A stretch of DNA of 64,000 bases from Halichondria panicea (lineage: Eukaryota). A program made the translations under genes and the position numbers. The stretch lies in NCBI RefSeq assembly GCF_963675165.1, contig NC_087384.1, forward strand, positions 2,614,315 to 2,678,314. Direction: 5' to 3'. Shown piece after piece: positions 20,701-30,774 of this stretch. The stretch's first letter is position 1. Each line of letters opens with the position of its first letter. The notes beneath the pieces were generated by a model that was given only the letters and a program-made list of their open reading frames with translations, made no database searches and had not been told where the DNA came from.

Positions 20701-23170
20701 GAACACCAGCCTCCTGCATTGCCGTCATCACTTGGTACTCTCTCTCCACCGCATGGGCAGATGGGAGGAGCTTCCCAGGCTGCATACAAAGGAGGGGAGG
20801 GTGAGACAGTGAGTGGCTACATGTATATATTAACCCGAGGCGCGCCACGGCGTCATGGTTATAGTAGTCGATCGGTCAGTCTGTTTGTCTGTCTGTGTAT
20901 ACATTCAGAGTCTACTTACCCACTGTGTTTGTATCATGGATAGATGTACACGCGGCTTTGATTCAAAGCTGTAGATTCACTAAGCCTCAAATTAACGCCG
21001 AGGGTTTACACTTCATTTTAATTCGGCGCGGCCATTATTCGAAAACAAGCCCGCACAATTACTGATACGGGATTAATTGCTACACTCTCCAGTCACTAAT
21101 GCACATCATATACGATCAGCCTAATATCACTGCCTATAAGCTTTACAGAATACCGTACTTATAACGTACTGGTTTCTTTCTGAGCACAAGCTCCCTCCCT
21201 TTATAACTGATATAGTAGGTGGGGTTAGACTGTCCGTGCTTAAACTGCAGTACCCTCATGGGACCCTCCACCTCATTGCCAAACACCTGGTCCAGGTAGG
21301 TGGCTAATTGGAGGTCAGGGAGGGCGTGCTTTGAGCTGACCTCACGGGTGCTGGAGATGTGCGCTGCAGGAGATTAGGGTATACATCATGTCAGTGGTGT
21401 TCAGGGTGTGAGTTGTAGGGATTAAGGTATCAAGTCAGTGGTGTTCCTAGTTGGGCGTGGCCCGACCACCTTCTGTTAAAAAAGGAGGTCGGTTTGCAAG
21501 CTTATCTTGGCTGCATTATGTAACAACACTAGCTGCTGTGAATATTCTATTCCAAGTGGGTTTTAACCAACTTGATGACGTGGCTAAACCACAGCATAGT
21601 GCATTTCGGTTTTGCAACTAGGAAGTGTATTACCATGAAAATGCTGTAATCTGATAGGGCGCCACTATAGTGGCGGTTAAAAAAAATCCGAGATAGGCTT
21701 GCAACCCGACCTCGCCGCGTCCAACTATGGTGTTCCAGGGTATGGGGATTAATCAATTGGGTGGTGTTCAGGATTAGGACGGAAGTTGTGCTGTTTAGGA
21801 ATTTATGGTACCGAAGTAATACTCACAGCTAGTGTATGTAAGTCTATGCATGGTGCTTATAGTGTGAGTGGTGTGGGGTACAATGGGGAATGATAATGCA
21901 CAAGAGGAAACTTTTATGTTAGCATGTCTATAGAGACTAACTCACGAGAATAATAGCCGTCCTGAACAATAGCGTTGAGTTCCTCCATGGCAACACCTAT
22001 ATCACCCACCTGCACATAATTACAGTGTTAGAACTGACTGTATGGTCAACTGGTCATACTGATTGGACACATACAGGAATGCATGGTCATTCTAATTAAA
22101 CGTCCGGTCAATGACCGATGGCAGCGAGTAATTTCTAATATGTACTTATAAACACATGATCAGAACAAACAGACAAAAGTCAGGCTATGTAAATGTACTA
22201 ATCCACCTTGATGGTTGCCATGCCCATCTCCCGTGCAGTCTTGAGATTACCCCCCAGGTCATCCAGGAACACCGCGTCCCCGGCCCCCACCCCTAGCCTC
22301 TCTAGAGTCAGGTCAAAGATTGCTTTGTCTGGTTTCTTGAGGCCCTCAATACACGACTGTACCACCTGAGAGTAAGGATTTGTAGATTTGAACCGTTTGG
22401 TTGGACATGTTCGTGCAATACGGAAAATTGCTGAATTGCATCAAAGGTGTGTGTAGACTGGTAATGTATTCAAAGTTAAAGTAGGAGTCTAAACAACAAT
22501 TAATAGCTATACATGTACATGTACGTACCACATCTACTCCAGGAACTGACTCTTTAGGAAACACAGTATCACCATTATCCCATCGGAAATTGTTAGTCAA
22601 AATTGCAACTTTAATCCCCTTAGACTTAAGCCACTGGATACAGTTCGTAACAGCAGGATGAGGGCTGAGCTTCGTGAAATCTGATAAACACTTGATGAAC
22701 TCCTGTGTCTGTTCCAGTGTAAGTTCACCGGAATTCACTTCAACATATTCCTTTTGAAACGGTTCTGAAAATTCCTCAATCGATATCTCACCACGCTCCA
22801 TTTTACCAAATGCTCCCTGATCGCCTTTGACTTTTATCGTCTTCACAAGAGACCCCTTCTGGAGTTTGTGTTTCTCTTCAAACTTGTCGAAAATCGGCTG
22901 CGGAGAAGGTACGACTACTCCTCCCAGATCGAATATAACAGCCTTGGGTGTAGGCCATTGTAAGCGAGCAGATGTTGATGATCTCTGGCTACATGTAGCT
23001 GAAGTGTAGGAGGTTCCTGAGAGGCTTCTTACAGAGGGCCAGGGAGAACGGATTTGAGAGAGTTTGTGTGGGCACTGGAATAAGGATCCGCTACTTACTG
23101 CTCTGAGTGTTGCAGGGAGATGCAGACCTCTAGTTCTCCTGCAGAGATAAAGACATCTTCTCAGGCTCAT
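14605..23170 (-). CDS. Gene span: ACAD10/ACAD11-like protein (HAD-like hydrolase + APH/kinase-like + acyl-CoA dehydrogenase), 18 coding exons, ~1088 aa
   Basis: Ordered matches to the ACAD10 architecture: VIFDLGGVV (HAD), [10 protein letters not shown] / RLDNLIFA / [12 protein letters not shown] (APH), [12 protein letters not shown] / [16 protein letters not shown] / [24 protein letters not shown] / [29 protein letters not shown] (ACAD); all intron phases are consistent. Confidence 0.85.
14960..15037 (-). CDS. ACAD10-like exon 17 ([26 protein letters not shown])
   Basis: tacAG acceptor, GTGAGC donor; matches human [25 protein letters not shown]. Confidence 0.75.
15179..15322 (-). CDS. ACAD10-like exon 16 ([48 protein letters not shown])
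   Basis: Anchored to ORF 15167..15403; GTGGGC donor. Confidence 0.85.
15529..15783 (-). CDS. ACAD10-like exon 15 ([85 protein letters not shown])
   Basis: Anchored to ORF 15505..15810; GTGAGT donor. Confidence 0.85.
15924..16000 (-). CDS. ACAD10-like exon 14 ([26 protein letters not shown])
   Basis: Anchored to ORF 15915..16145. Confidence 0.8.
16242..16401 (-). CDS. ACAD10-like exon 13 ([53 protein letters not shown])
   Basis: Anchored to ORF 16183..16392. Confidence 0.8.
16535..16606 (-). CDS. ACAD10-like exon 12 ([24 protein letters not shown])
   Basis: Anchored to ORF 16502..16693. Confidence 0.8.
16894..17034 (-). CDS. ACAD10-like exon 11 ([47 protein letters not shown])
   Basis: ttctAG acceptor, GTACAG donor; matches human EGLWNLFLP...GAGLTNVEYAHLCELMG. 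Confidence 0.7.
17414..17778 (-). CDS. ACAD10-like exon 10 ([25 protein letters not shown]...[44 protein letters not shown]; linker + ACAD N-terminus)
   Basis: Anchored to ORF 17354..17740; GTGCAA donor. Confidence 0.8.
18190..18490. mobile_element. MITE with TIR CAGTGGAACCTCGATTATCCGG and internal CCGGATAA sub-repeats, in an ACAD10-like intron
   Basis: Left TIR 18190-18211; the right end 18474-18490 is its reverse complement; a related copy lies at 60397-60566. Confidence 0.65.
18578..18754 (-). CDS. ACAD10-like exon 9 ([59 protein letters not shown])
   Basis: Anchored to ORF 18435..18824; GTAAGT donor. Confidence 0.8.
19103..19248 (-). CDS. ACAD10-like exon 8 ([49 protein letters not shown])
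   Basis: Anchored to ORF 19077..19316; GTACAG donor. Confidence 0.8.
19331..19481 (-). CDS. ACAD10-like exon 7 ([50 protein letters not shown])
   Basis: gtgcAG acceptor, GTGTGT donor; internally consistent length, +/-2 nt. Confidence 0.65.
19704..19885 (-). CDS. ACAD10-like exon 6 ([61 protein letters not shown])
   Basis: Anchored to ORF 19666..19884. Confidence 0.8.
20290..20530 (+). repeat. Partial copy of the (CA)n-tailed repeat family inside an ACAD10-like intron
   Basis: gcaaccaatatagctagcgttctagtgcagagctaactactgagtag ... cgagaacgaagcaatattttgcaaatccacaaat. Confidence 0.6.
20664..20779 (-). CDS. ACAD10-like exon 5 ([38 protein letters not shown])
   Basis: Anchored to ORF 20660..20848; GTAAGA donor. 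Confidence 0.8.
21170..21363 (-). CDS. ACAD10-like exon 4 (...[31 protein letters not shown]-terminus)
   Basis: Matches human [28 protein letters not shown]; GTACGT donor. Confidence 0.7.
21946..22009 (-). CDS. ACAD10-like exon 3 ([21 protein letters not shown])
   Basis: tgtgcAG acceptor, GTGAGT donor; matches human VNDPETAVKELEALLG. Confidence 0.6.
22207..22365 (-). CDS. ACAD10-like exon 2 ([56 protein letters not shown] motifs III/IV)
   Basis: Acceptor and donor GTGGAT; upper end anchored by the stop of ORF 22346..23170. Confidence 0.8.
22529..23170 (-). CDS. ACAD10-like exon 1 (ATG 23170; Arg/Ser-rich presequence-like N-terminus + HAD hydrolase domain to ...[12 protein letters not shown])
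   Basis: ORF 22346..23170 frame; GTACGT donor after GAT GTG. Confidence 0.8.
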
Positions 23171-23367
23171 TCTGTTGCTAGCTAAGCTAGCTAGCTATTC
23201 AGCTATAAAAAAGTATCTCCTCAATACCACGCCCCCTACATGCTTTGTGCTAATGTTAAGCCGCGGTGGTATTCGAGGTTTAAGAATTATTTGCCAGAGA
23301 AGGGCCAGGGAGCTGGAAATCACAAAACAAAACTGAGAACAATAAATAATGTGCAAAAGTTATCATA

Positions 23368-23446
23368 CTATGTTCCTTTGTGTTTATGATTCTTTTTTTT
23401 CTTTGACTTCATGAGGGTGGGCAGTGAAGGTAGCTTGAAATGAGTA
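23368..23446 (-). CDS. GTF2H3: GTF2H3 terminal exon (NTHFKLPSLPTLMKSKKKKNHKHKGT, TAG stop)
   Basis: cttcAG acceptor; resembles the human C-terminus [23 protein letters not shown]. Confidence 0.6.
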
Positions 23447-25922
23447 CTGAAGAAGTAAACAGCATGAAATTACTGATCACCAATATAATTATAGGTGCAC
23501 ATAACTTACTTGCACATGGAACAAATTGGAGTTGACCGGCAGAATACTGCATAGGGAGAAAGAGAGAAGTATTGCAACATCACAACACTGTAATTTAGGC
23601 CATGGCTCTATTGTGTGACGTACAACACGCCTCTATATATACATCACCCAGCCTGTACGAGAAAACTCCTACACAGTGTATTAAAAGTGGTCAACAAAAA
23701 CAAATCAAAATGCATTAGCTGCAGTGCAAATTAATGAAAAAAGTATCCATAACTCACTGGAGAGACAGACAGAGCACACAAATCCCACGTCCACTAGTTT
23801 GTGATGACAGAAGCAGGCGGCTCTGTAGTCAATCTCAACAGAGGAGGGGAGGAGGAGGTGGTCACGAGTGGACGGGTCAGGGAGAAACACCCACTGTGAG
23901 AGGTATGGGGGACGCATGTGTGGTGCTATTCAAAATAGCATGACTATAATTAAAGTGGTGTGCATGTACCGTATATAGTGCTAGATATAATTATATGCGA
24001 GCATAAAATATTTTGGCCAGGCTACAAAATGTTATGCGATTAATCTTATTTCCTCAATTAAACACCGCGATTTCAATGGGGATTGTACAGGCCTCGAATA
24101 AAGGCCAACAATTGTGCGTTACAATTTATGCGATATGACAGGCACTCGCATAAATAGCGTTTCTTTTTACGGTAAACTGATTGAGTTGGACAGGTAAATT
24201 CTATATGCAGGCGGCAGAGAATTAAAGCTACAGTAAACTTTAAAGCAAAAACAGTATAATTATACTGTTATCAGTAAATACCATTCTGAATGTGAATGCT
24301 GTGCATAACCATTATTTTGTGGGACCACGCACCTTACCTTCTAGTATCAGGTACCACACTGGCTCACCAATAAATACTGCAGCAGTCCCGAGGGCTCTGG
24401 GGTCCTGATGTACACACCCCCAGTCACGTCAGAAGCTTGTTGCAAGAACCCAGAATCCTCCCATAACACACAAGAGTCTATAGGCACTCTCTGAAAAACA
24501 GGGAACAGAGTATCATTATTTTTATAAAGTTATTAAATGAACAAAACACACGTGTGTGTTTTGTTATGTATAGCAACAGAGTCCAATCCGTGGTGTAAGA
24601 GGAAATAAATCTTCAAATTGATTATAGTCATGAATGGACACTTTTCTCAGCCTAATGCAAAATGTTGGCCACTTGATTTGGAGCAAAATCAAAAACTAAT
24701 GGCCACCTCAATGCCTACACACATTCTTTAGAGCAGCAAAAATGCAGTTCATGGTGTGGATGTACTGAGGGGCACTGTCAGAGGAGGAGCGGACCACCAG
24801 GATACGAGAGTTGAGTGTCCTACCTATTAACAGCTCTCTGTTCTGTCGCTGAATGTCTGAACAATTAGTTAGGGACATTACAGGTTCAAGAATATTACAA
24901 GCCCCCACTCCCTTGCAATCGACCATCTAGAGGAACTTAAGAAAACTAATAGATTAGTTCAACCACTTCATGCAATCATGACATTTGCATAGGCGACAAA
25001 GTATAACAAACTCTGGATTTACTATACACACACGTACTACACTTTGTCTCAGATTATAAGGCCATGGTATATATAACTCAGGATACAACACAGTGACTTG
25101 CTGATGGCCCCAGAGAGTAGAGTACTCGTAGACACAGTGTCTGCTGGTGCTGACGAGAGTTTGGCCACAACCTGGTGCACCTGGTCACATAGTATAGAGT
25201 TCATGTGCACTAAAGGCTCATATTTGCCAGTGTTCTGTAGTCTAGGGTCGTCTGCTGAGAGTTCAGAGGTCATGGATGAAGGGTACACCATTTGACTAGG
25301 AGAGTGCGTGATATGGGGTCAGCATGATTATGAGGAGTGAAGTTGTGCCTCCGTAATTGAGCATGTGACAAAAGTTGACAATTATAGGTACGCGTGTACG
25401 TAAGCAAATGCAGATTACAATGTGAGCGTGTATAATTATAGTAATGTACTAACTACCTTCCAGCTTGGTGACTGATGCACACCGCTACACTGTGTCCGTG
25501 GCAAGTGAGTACGTACGAGTTTATAAATGTTGTCACTGCATCCAGACACTGCTTCACGGACAGCTGCATGGAAGGACACAAACGAGTGTTAGTAGTGAAG
25601 CTGAGGCAAAACGTACCTAGCTAGCTACAGATAATGAGGAAACTATTTCCTTTCCCAGGCTATCTGCGATAATTATCATCTCTTTGATAGTGAGAAAAAC
25701 AGAGTCTATAGTGTTGGTCGTATTCAACCTTAGCTAGCTTCATACATTTTTTCTTTTGCTCTTTCACAGTACTTTGTACAACTTAAAAACAATCCAAGAC
25801 AGTTGCCTTACCGCTTGTGTGTGTTCCTTAGAGGAGGCGCTGATTTCGTAGGCATTGCACAAGTCCACAATCACTACCAGCAGATGCTCCACATCTCCTC
25901 CACTCTCCTCTACATTAGCCAT
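23368..25922 (-). CDS. GTF2H3: Gene span: general transcription factor IIH subunit 3 (TFIIH p34/Tfb4), multi-exon
   Basis: N-terminus MANVEESGGDVEHLLVVIVDLCNAYE; LSVKQCLDAVTTFINSYVLTCHGHSVAVCISHQAG; SRILVVRSSSDSAPQYIHTMNCIFAALK; C-terminal zinc motif DYRAACFCHHKLVDVGFVCSVCLS ... IFCRSTPICSMC; basic tail KSKKKKNHKHKGT. Confidence 0.8.
25457..25563 (-). CDS. GTF2H3: GTF2H3 exon 2 (LSVKQCLDAVTTFINSYVLTCHGHSVAVCISHQAG)
   Basis: ccatgcAG acceptor, GTAGTT donor. Confidence 0.6.
25812..25922 (-). CDS. GTF2H3: GTF2H3 exon 1 (ATG is the complement of 25920-25922; 37 codons; GTAAGG donor)
   Basis: MANVEESGGDVEHLLVVIVDLCNAYEISASSKEHTQA. Confidence 0.7.
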
Positions 25923-26142
25923 CTCTTTGGTCCATGTAGACTGGAGGTTTAAACTAAGGAAAGAAAGAAGAAAATTAGCTAATTATTATATTAAAAGCAT
26001 GATCCTTTACCTTGTGTAACAAAAACAGAAAAAAACCGTGTAACATGGTGTAATCAAAACAGAAAAATGAGATCACTAAATGCACAATACACAGATATCG
26101 AGTTGCTATATTATTATCACTAGAGAGTAAGCTGTCTTTGCA

Positions 26143-27609
26143 TTATTCACAGGCCAACTTGGAGTCGAAGCTAGACAACACAATAGAAAACGCCTGCAGG
26201 GCACACATGGGAAAGCTGTAATCGAGAGTGAATGTGTCCTCTGAAATACGACCAAACTGCATCACAACATAATCCTCATGTGAACTGTGCACCAATTGAA
26301 AGTTCTTCACAGATGCTTGAGTAACTCGGCCATGAAAGTTGAGCACATACGCCTGAGTGTCATCAGACCACACTGGCTGCTTGTTATGCACCTCCAGCAG
26401 ATCTGACATGTGATTGTTTCGCCACCTCTCCAGTAGTGTTTCATTTTCTACTTTTGGAGTGACTGGAATCCTCTTGTGAACATGATTCATCGCTGGAATA
26501 ATGACAGTCATTTTCCGAGGACCTTTGAAGCCAAGAACATTTGTCTCGTAATGAACAGCAGCAAGTTCCTCACGAATGATTTTCTGGCCAGGTTTAACTT
26601 TTCTTCTTTGTGGGTTAGCACCTCCATTGAAAACTGTGAATGATGTGCCGACAAAATTAGAGCGAACTTTCCCAATGAAATTCTCACCATCTCTCGAAAG
26701 GTCAGTAGGATCGGTTGATACCAAATAGTTGGAAGAACGACTCTTCTTTCGTTTGCGTGCTGCTAGTAGGAATATCTTTTTTCCACTGTCTTCTCTTTCC
26801 ATGTGTAGGAAGTAGGTGGGGTAAAGATACCTTTCCATGCCTTTCTGATCCCTGGTCACTCTGCATTTTATTGTTACCCCCTCAGGAGCTGGTTGGTGCA
26901 CAAAGTCGTGTAAATCTTCGATTTCTCCACCTCCAGGTGTTAACGTGAGAGCAAGACTTTGCATTTGCATTCCTGTTGCTTGCGACTCTACAGCTGCAGT
27001 TGGCACAACTTTTGCAGCTTCTTCTGTGGACACGGCGGAACTTGGGGAGGCTTCTTTTGCACCAGGGTTGCCCAGTACCTCAATCTCATCATCACTATCT
27101 TCAGATTCGTAATCTACAAATGCGGTTAACCCCATAGAGTCCAGTTTTGATTGAGCTGTTTGTCCGTTAGATGATGAAGACTCATTTTCTTTGCGTTCGA
27201 TAAAAGACCCCTGCTCAGAAAACTTAGTGTTCACGGTGATAGGAGTCGGGAATGTATGATTTCCGTTAGGTTGTATAGTCTTTAGCACCTCAGAGGATTT
27301 AATCGACTCTAAATGACCTTGTGCTGTTGTGTTTCCTGTTTCTATGAGGGGCGGTGTCAGGGGGGGTGAAATGAGTGGAGTCTCGCTACTTGCACTCGGT
27401 CTCCGTGAAATCATGTCACTATCGCTGGAGGCAGTTGGAATATCAGAAGTGGGACGACTGGTCGGTCGAAGGTATTTTGAGGATAAAGGACGAGCACGTC
27501 CACTGATAGCCATGACCATTCCTGATTGCCTTTGTCGCTGTTTCTTCTTTTCTTCCATGAGAATTCGCTGTTTGTCCAGCATCTGCTGTCGCTTGGCTTC
27601 ACCATCCAT
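26143..27609 (-). CDS. Tubby-like protein (TUB/TULP family), single uninterrupted 488-codon ORF
   Basis: ORF 26143..27609; C-terminal tubby domain nearly identical to vertebrate TUB ([59 protein letters not shown] ... [37 protein letters not shown]). Confidence 0.85.
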   Translation of the reverse strand: MDGEAKRQQMLDKQRILMEEKKKQRQRQSGMVMAISGRARPLSSKYLRPTSRPTSDIPTASSDSDMISRRPSASSETPLISPPLTPPLIETGNTTAQGHLESIKSSEVLKTIQPNGNHTFPTPITVNTKFSEQGSFIERKENESSSSNGQTAQSKLDSMGLTAFVDYESEDSDDEIEVLGNPGAKEASPSSAVSTEEAAKVVPTAAVESQATGMQMQSLALTLTPGGGEIEDLHDFVHQPAPEGVTIKCRVTRDQKGMERYLYPTYFLHMEREDSGKKIFLLAARKRKKSRSSNYLVSTDPTDLSRDGENFIGKVRSNFVGTSFTVFNGGANPQRRKVKPGQKIIREELAAVHYETNVLGFKGPRKMTVIIPAMNHVHKRIPVTPKVENETLLERWRNNHMSDLLEVHNKQPVWSDDTQAYVLNFHGRVTQASVKNFQLVHSSHEDYVVMQFGRISEDTFTLDYSFPMCALQAFSIVLSSFDSKLACE

Positions 27610-28228
27610 TTTGACAGACAGACTAGGGCCTGGAGGGATATTAGGCTATATATATCACAGTGACATCATATTTTCACTAGATCTAGCTCTAGTAGCTTTG
27701 CTAAACCAAAATCTATACGTACGTACGTACCTCTGTTCGATCCACCACGTCCACTGCGATAAGATGTCTTGTTTCTTTTTCTCACCTGGATCGGCTAGTT
27801 GCTAACGAAATATGCGTGGGTGCAATGACACTATCATGCGAGGTCCACCCCCTATTCAAGCGTGCTGTTCCACAAGCAGTGCAGTGCGCATGTTCACTAC
27901 AAGATTATTTTCTGTCGACCCACCCCTTTACCAGCTGAGTCACTGTATTAGTATCAGCCCTTGCTAGCTAGCTTGCTGTGTTACAAGCTCTCCTGTCTCC
28001 CTGTGCAAAAATCGTGTAAGTCTTAGCCCACCTATCAGGTAGATCTAGCTGTCTAGTTACTGTAACTATAACCAAAGGAAGTTATAAGTGTGTGGTTACC
28101 TCCTATTAATACATGTAGTAAATCTACCTGTGCAACCACCCATAGGCCATATCACAACTCATGTACGTACTATATCTTTGCATACCTACATGAAACTTTA
28201 GACTGTCTCCTAACAACAAGAGGTCAAG
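27610..28228. promoter_or_regulatory. Putative bidirectional promoter between Tubby-like (-) and MVP (+)
   Basis: ~620 bp between the divergent start codons; inference only. Confidence 0.3.
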
Positions 28229-28375
28229 ATGAGTCGAGGTGGCGTCTCCAGAGATGAGTCCAAGAGCATCTACCGCATCCCCCCTTACTACTATGTCCAC
28301 GTTTTGGACCAGAACACCAACACCACCAAGATGGAGGTTGGCCCTAAGACCTACATTCGTCAGGACAACGAAAAG
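28229..28375 (+). CDS. MVP: MVP exon 1
   Basis: ATG 28229; ORF 28229..28432; GTGATA donor after AAG. Confidence 0.8.
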
Positions 28376-30731
28376 GTGATATTTACATACGTGGATGCTT
28401 TCAGTCTGAATGTGCCATTTAATAGTATGTGATTACGATTAACATAAAAAATCAACTAAAATTATTAGGCTGCTTTAATGTGTTTATGGGTGGCCCTTGG
28501 TATTATAATTCTGTAGCCTATGTACAGTGCATTTGCACTAAAGCACACGTTTATTGTGTGTTGATGATATCTTATCTGTCGTCCTTCTCTTCCCCAGGTG
28601 ATTCTTGGCCCTGAGAAGATGATTGTTGTACCTCCTCGCCACTACTGCATTGTGGAAAACCCGGCAGTCAAGGACAAGGACGGTCAGGTGGTCTTTGACA
28701 CTCACGGACAAGTGAGTGCTGTATTTAATTTTAGGTTGAGGTTTCCTGTTGTTGTCTTATGTATTTTGCAAATACAACTGTTCTCAGTAGTTTCATTTCA
28801 AGTGTACATTAGAAAAGATCTGTGTGTTTGTAGTCCATAGTAGTCTTATTTAGGCTCAAAATACACTCTCCTATTTTTGCCCCACAGGTGAAGCTTCGTC
28901 ATGCCGACCAGGAGATTCGTCTGGCCCAGGATCCGTTCCCCCTTTACCCTGGGGAGATACTCAAGCAGGTGGTGGCGCCTCTCAAGGTCGTTCAGGCCAA
29001 CACGGCTCTCAGGATCAGATCTATTCTTGACTTTGAGGAGGAAGACGGCACAAAGAGAGTGGCTGGGGACGAGTGGTTGTTTGAGGGACCAGGTGAGGGT
29101 GTGAGTGTTGAGTTGTAGTCAGTTAGTACCACTATGTGTAACTTGAGTCTAAGGTGGTCTGTGTTACATTAGCCTCGATTCCCGGCCGCTTGAACAAGGC
29201 GGCCTGGTATACCTTGTATGCGCATGCGCAAAATAATTGACAACAATTTCATCATACAAATTGTAAAAAAACGGACAAAGTTACAAAAGGGAATAATACG
29301 TATGACAATGTGACCACAATGGCAGCTTTCAGAGACACTAATCAAAGTAGAATAATTATGCTGCAGCAGTGTTGCTTCTTCTAGCTCTGTTTATCAAAGA
29401 GACAGTTCAAGAAAGCCTCCCAGACAGCTAGAGCTGCCAGCTAGGAAGAGTGGTGGACTCTTTAATACATCAGTAGATCTTGAGTGAATAACTTCCTGAG
29501 TGTCGAGTTAAAGCTTATTAAAAGCTTTTAGGAGTAATCATTAGCTTCTTTATCTTCAGCAATGACTTCTTGTCGAACATAAAGGCAAGATTTAGTAGCA
29601 GAACACTTGCCTGGTCTATATTACCACAGCCTCATCAGGGGACCCACAGGAACACATCATGCCTTTCCTATAACATCTGTAGCCTTACAGTGTAGGGTGT
29701 CGTTAAGTAGAGACTTGGCTTGATACAATAAAGGGCGTAAGAACTCAGTCACAATACTTCTATGTAACGGACTGTAAAATCAGAATACAAATAGTATACG
29801 GTTTATTTTACTGACAGTATCCACAAATACACGGATTACCCCCTTTTTGGGGTAATGTACACGCATGCGCATACAAGGTATACCAGGCCGCCTTGTTCAA
29901 GCGGCCGGGAATCGAGGCTAGTGTTACATGTACATGTCTAAACATAATTATGTCAATTAAAATACTCTAATTTGATGTTTATGCTCCCCTATTCGTTGCA
30001 GGAACCTACCTGCCTAGGAAAGAGGTGGTCGTTGAGGAGACTATTCGAGCCACGATCATCCGTCCCAACCAAGCCATTCGTATTCGTTCCCGGAAGGAAA
30101 CGCTTGATCGTGACGGTACCCCACGTGTAACTGGGGAGGAGTGGATGGTGCGAAAGGTGGGGGCCTATCTACCGGGTGCCTACGAGGAGGTGGTGGACAC
30201 TGTGGACGCGTATGTGCTTACAGATAAGGTACGTGCACAATTTGTACCTTTTAGGGGCATTGTCTTTATTCTTTTGTGGGGTGCTTTTTAGTGCATGCAC
30301 ATGTATATACTAAAGTGTAGTTGACCTTGTGTGCTGTGAATATACTCTAGTGTAATGAATATTGGTATAGTCTGTATATGGAATGTTAGACAATCACACC
30401 CACTTGCCTATTGTGTGTACAATACAGGATCACGTATCCTCTCACTATCACTTACAATCACTTAGTGCATGTGACCATCACCTAAAAATCGTGTCGCCAA
30501 GCAGCAGCATACAGTACATCTGCATTAGGAACCTTACTTTTAGTAACCAGTATTTATAGTCTATTAAATACTGAGGTGTTTAAACGAAACTGATGTTTGA
30601 GCCCCCCCCCTCGTTGAATCACAGGCAGAAATATGGTTGTCTAGTGTAAATGGGGTATATCTTGTACAGCTATGATTTGTTTTACCTTCACATGCACATG
30701 CTGACCACCTGTGAATGCATGAACTCCTGCA

Positions 30732-30774
<43 letters not shown>

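Noticed and set aside
27329-27805. 158-aa + strand ORF antisense to the Tubby-like gene (also 26508-26690 and 26715-26948)
   Set aside because: Antisense ORFs inside a strongly conserved coding region, with no recognisable motifs.
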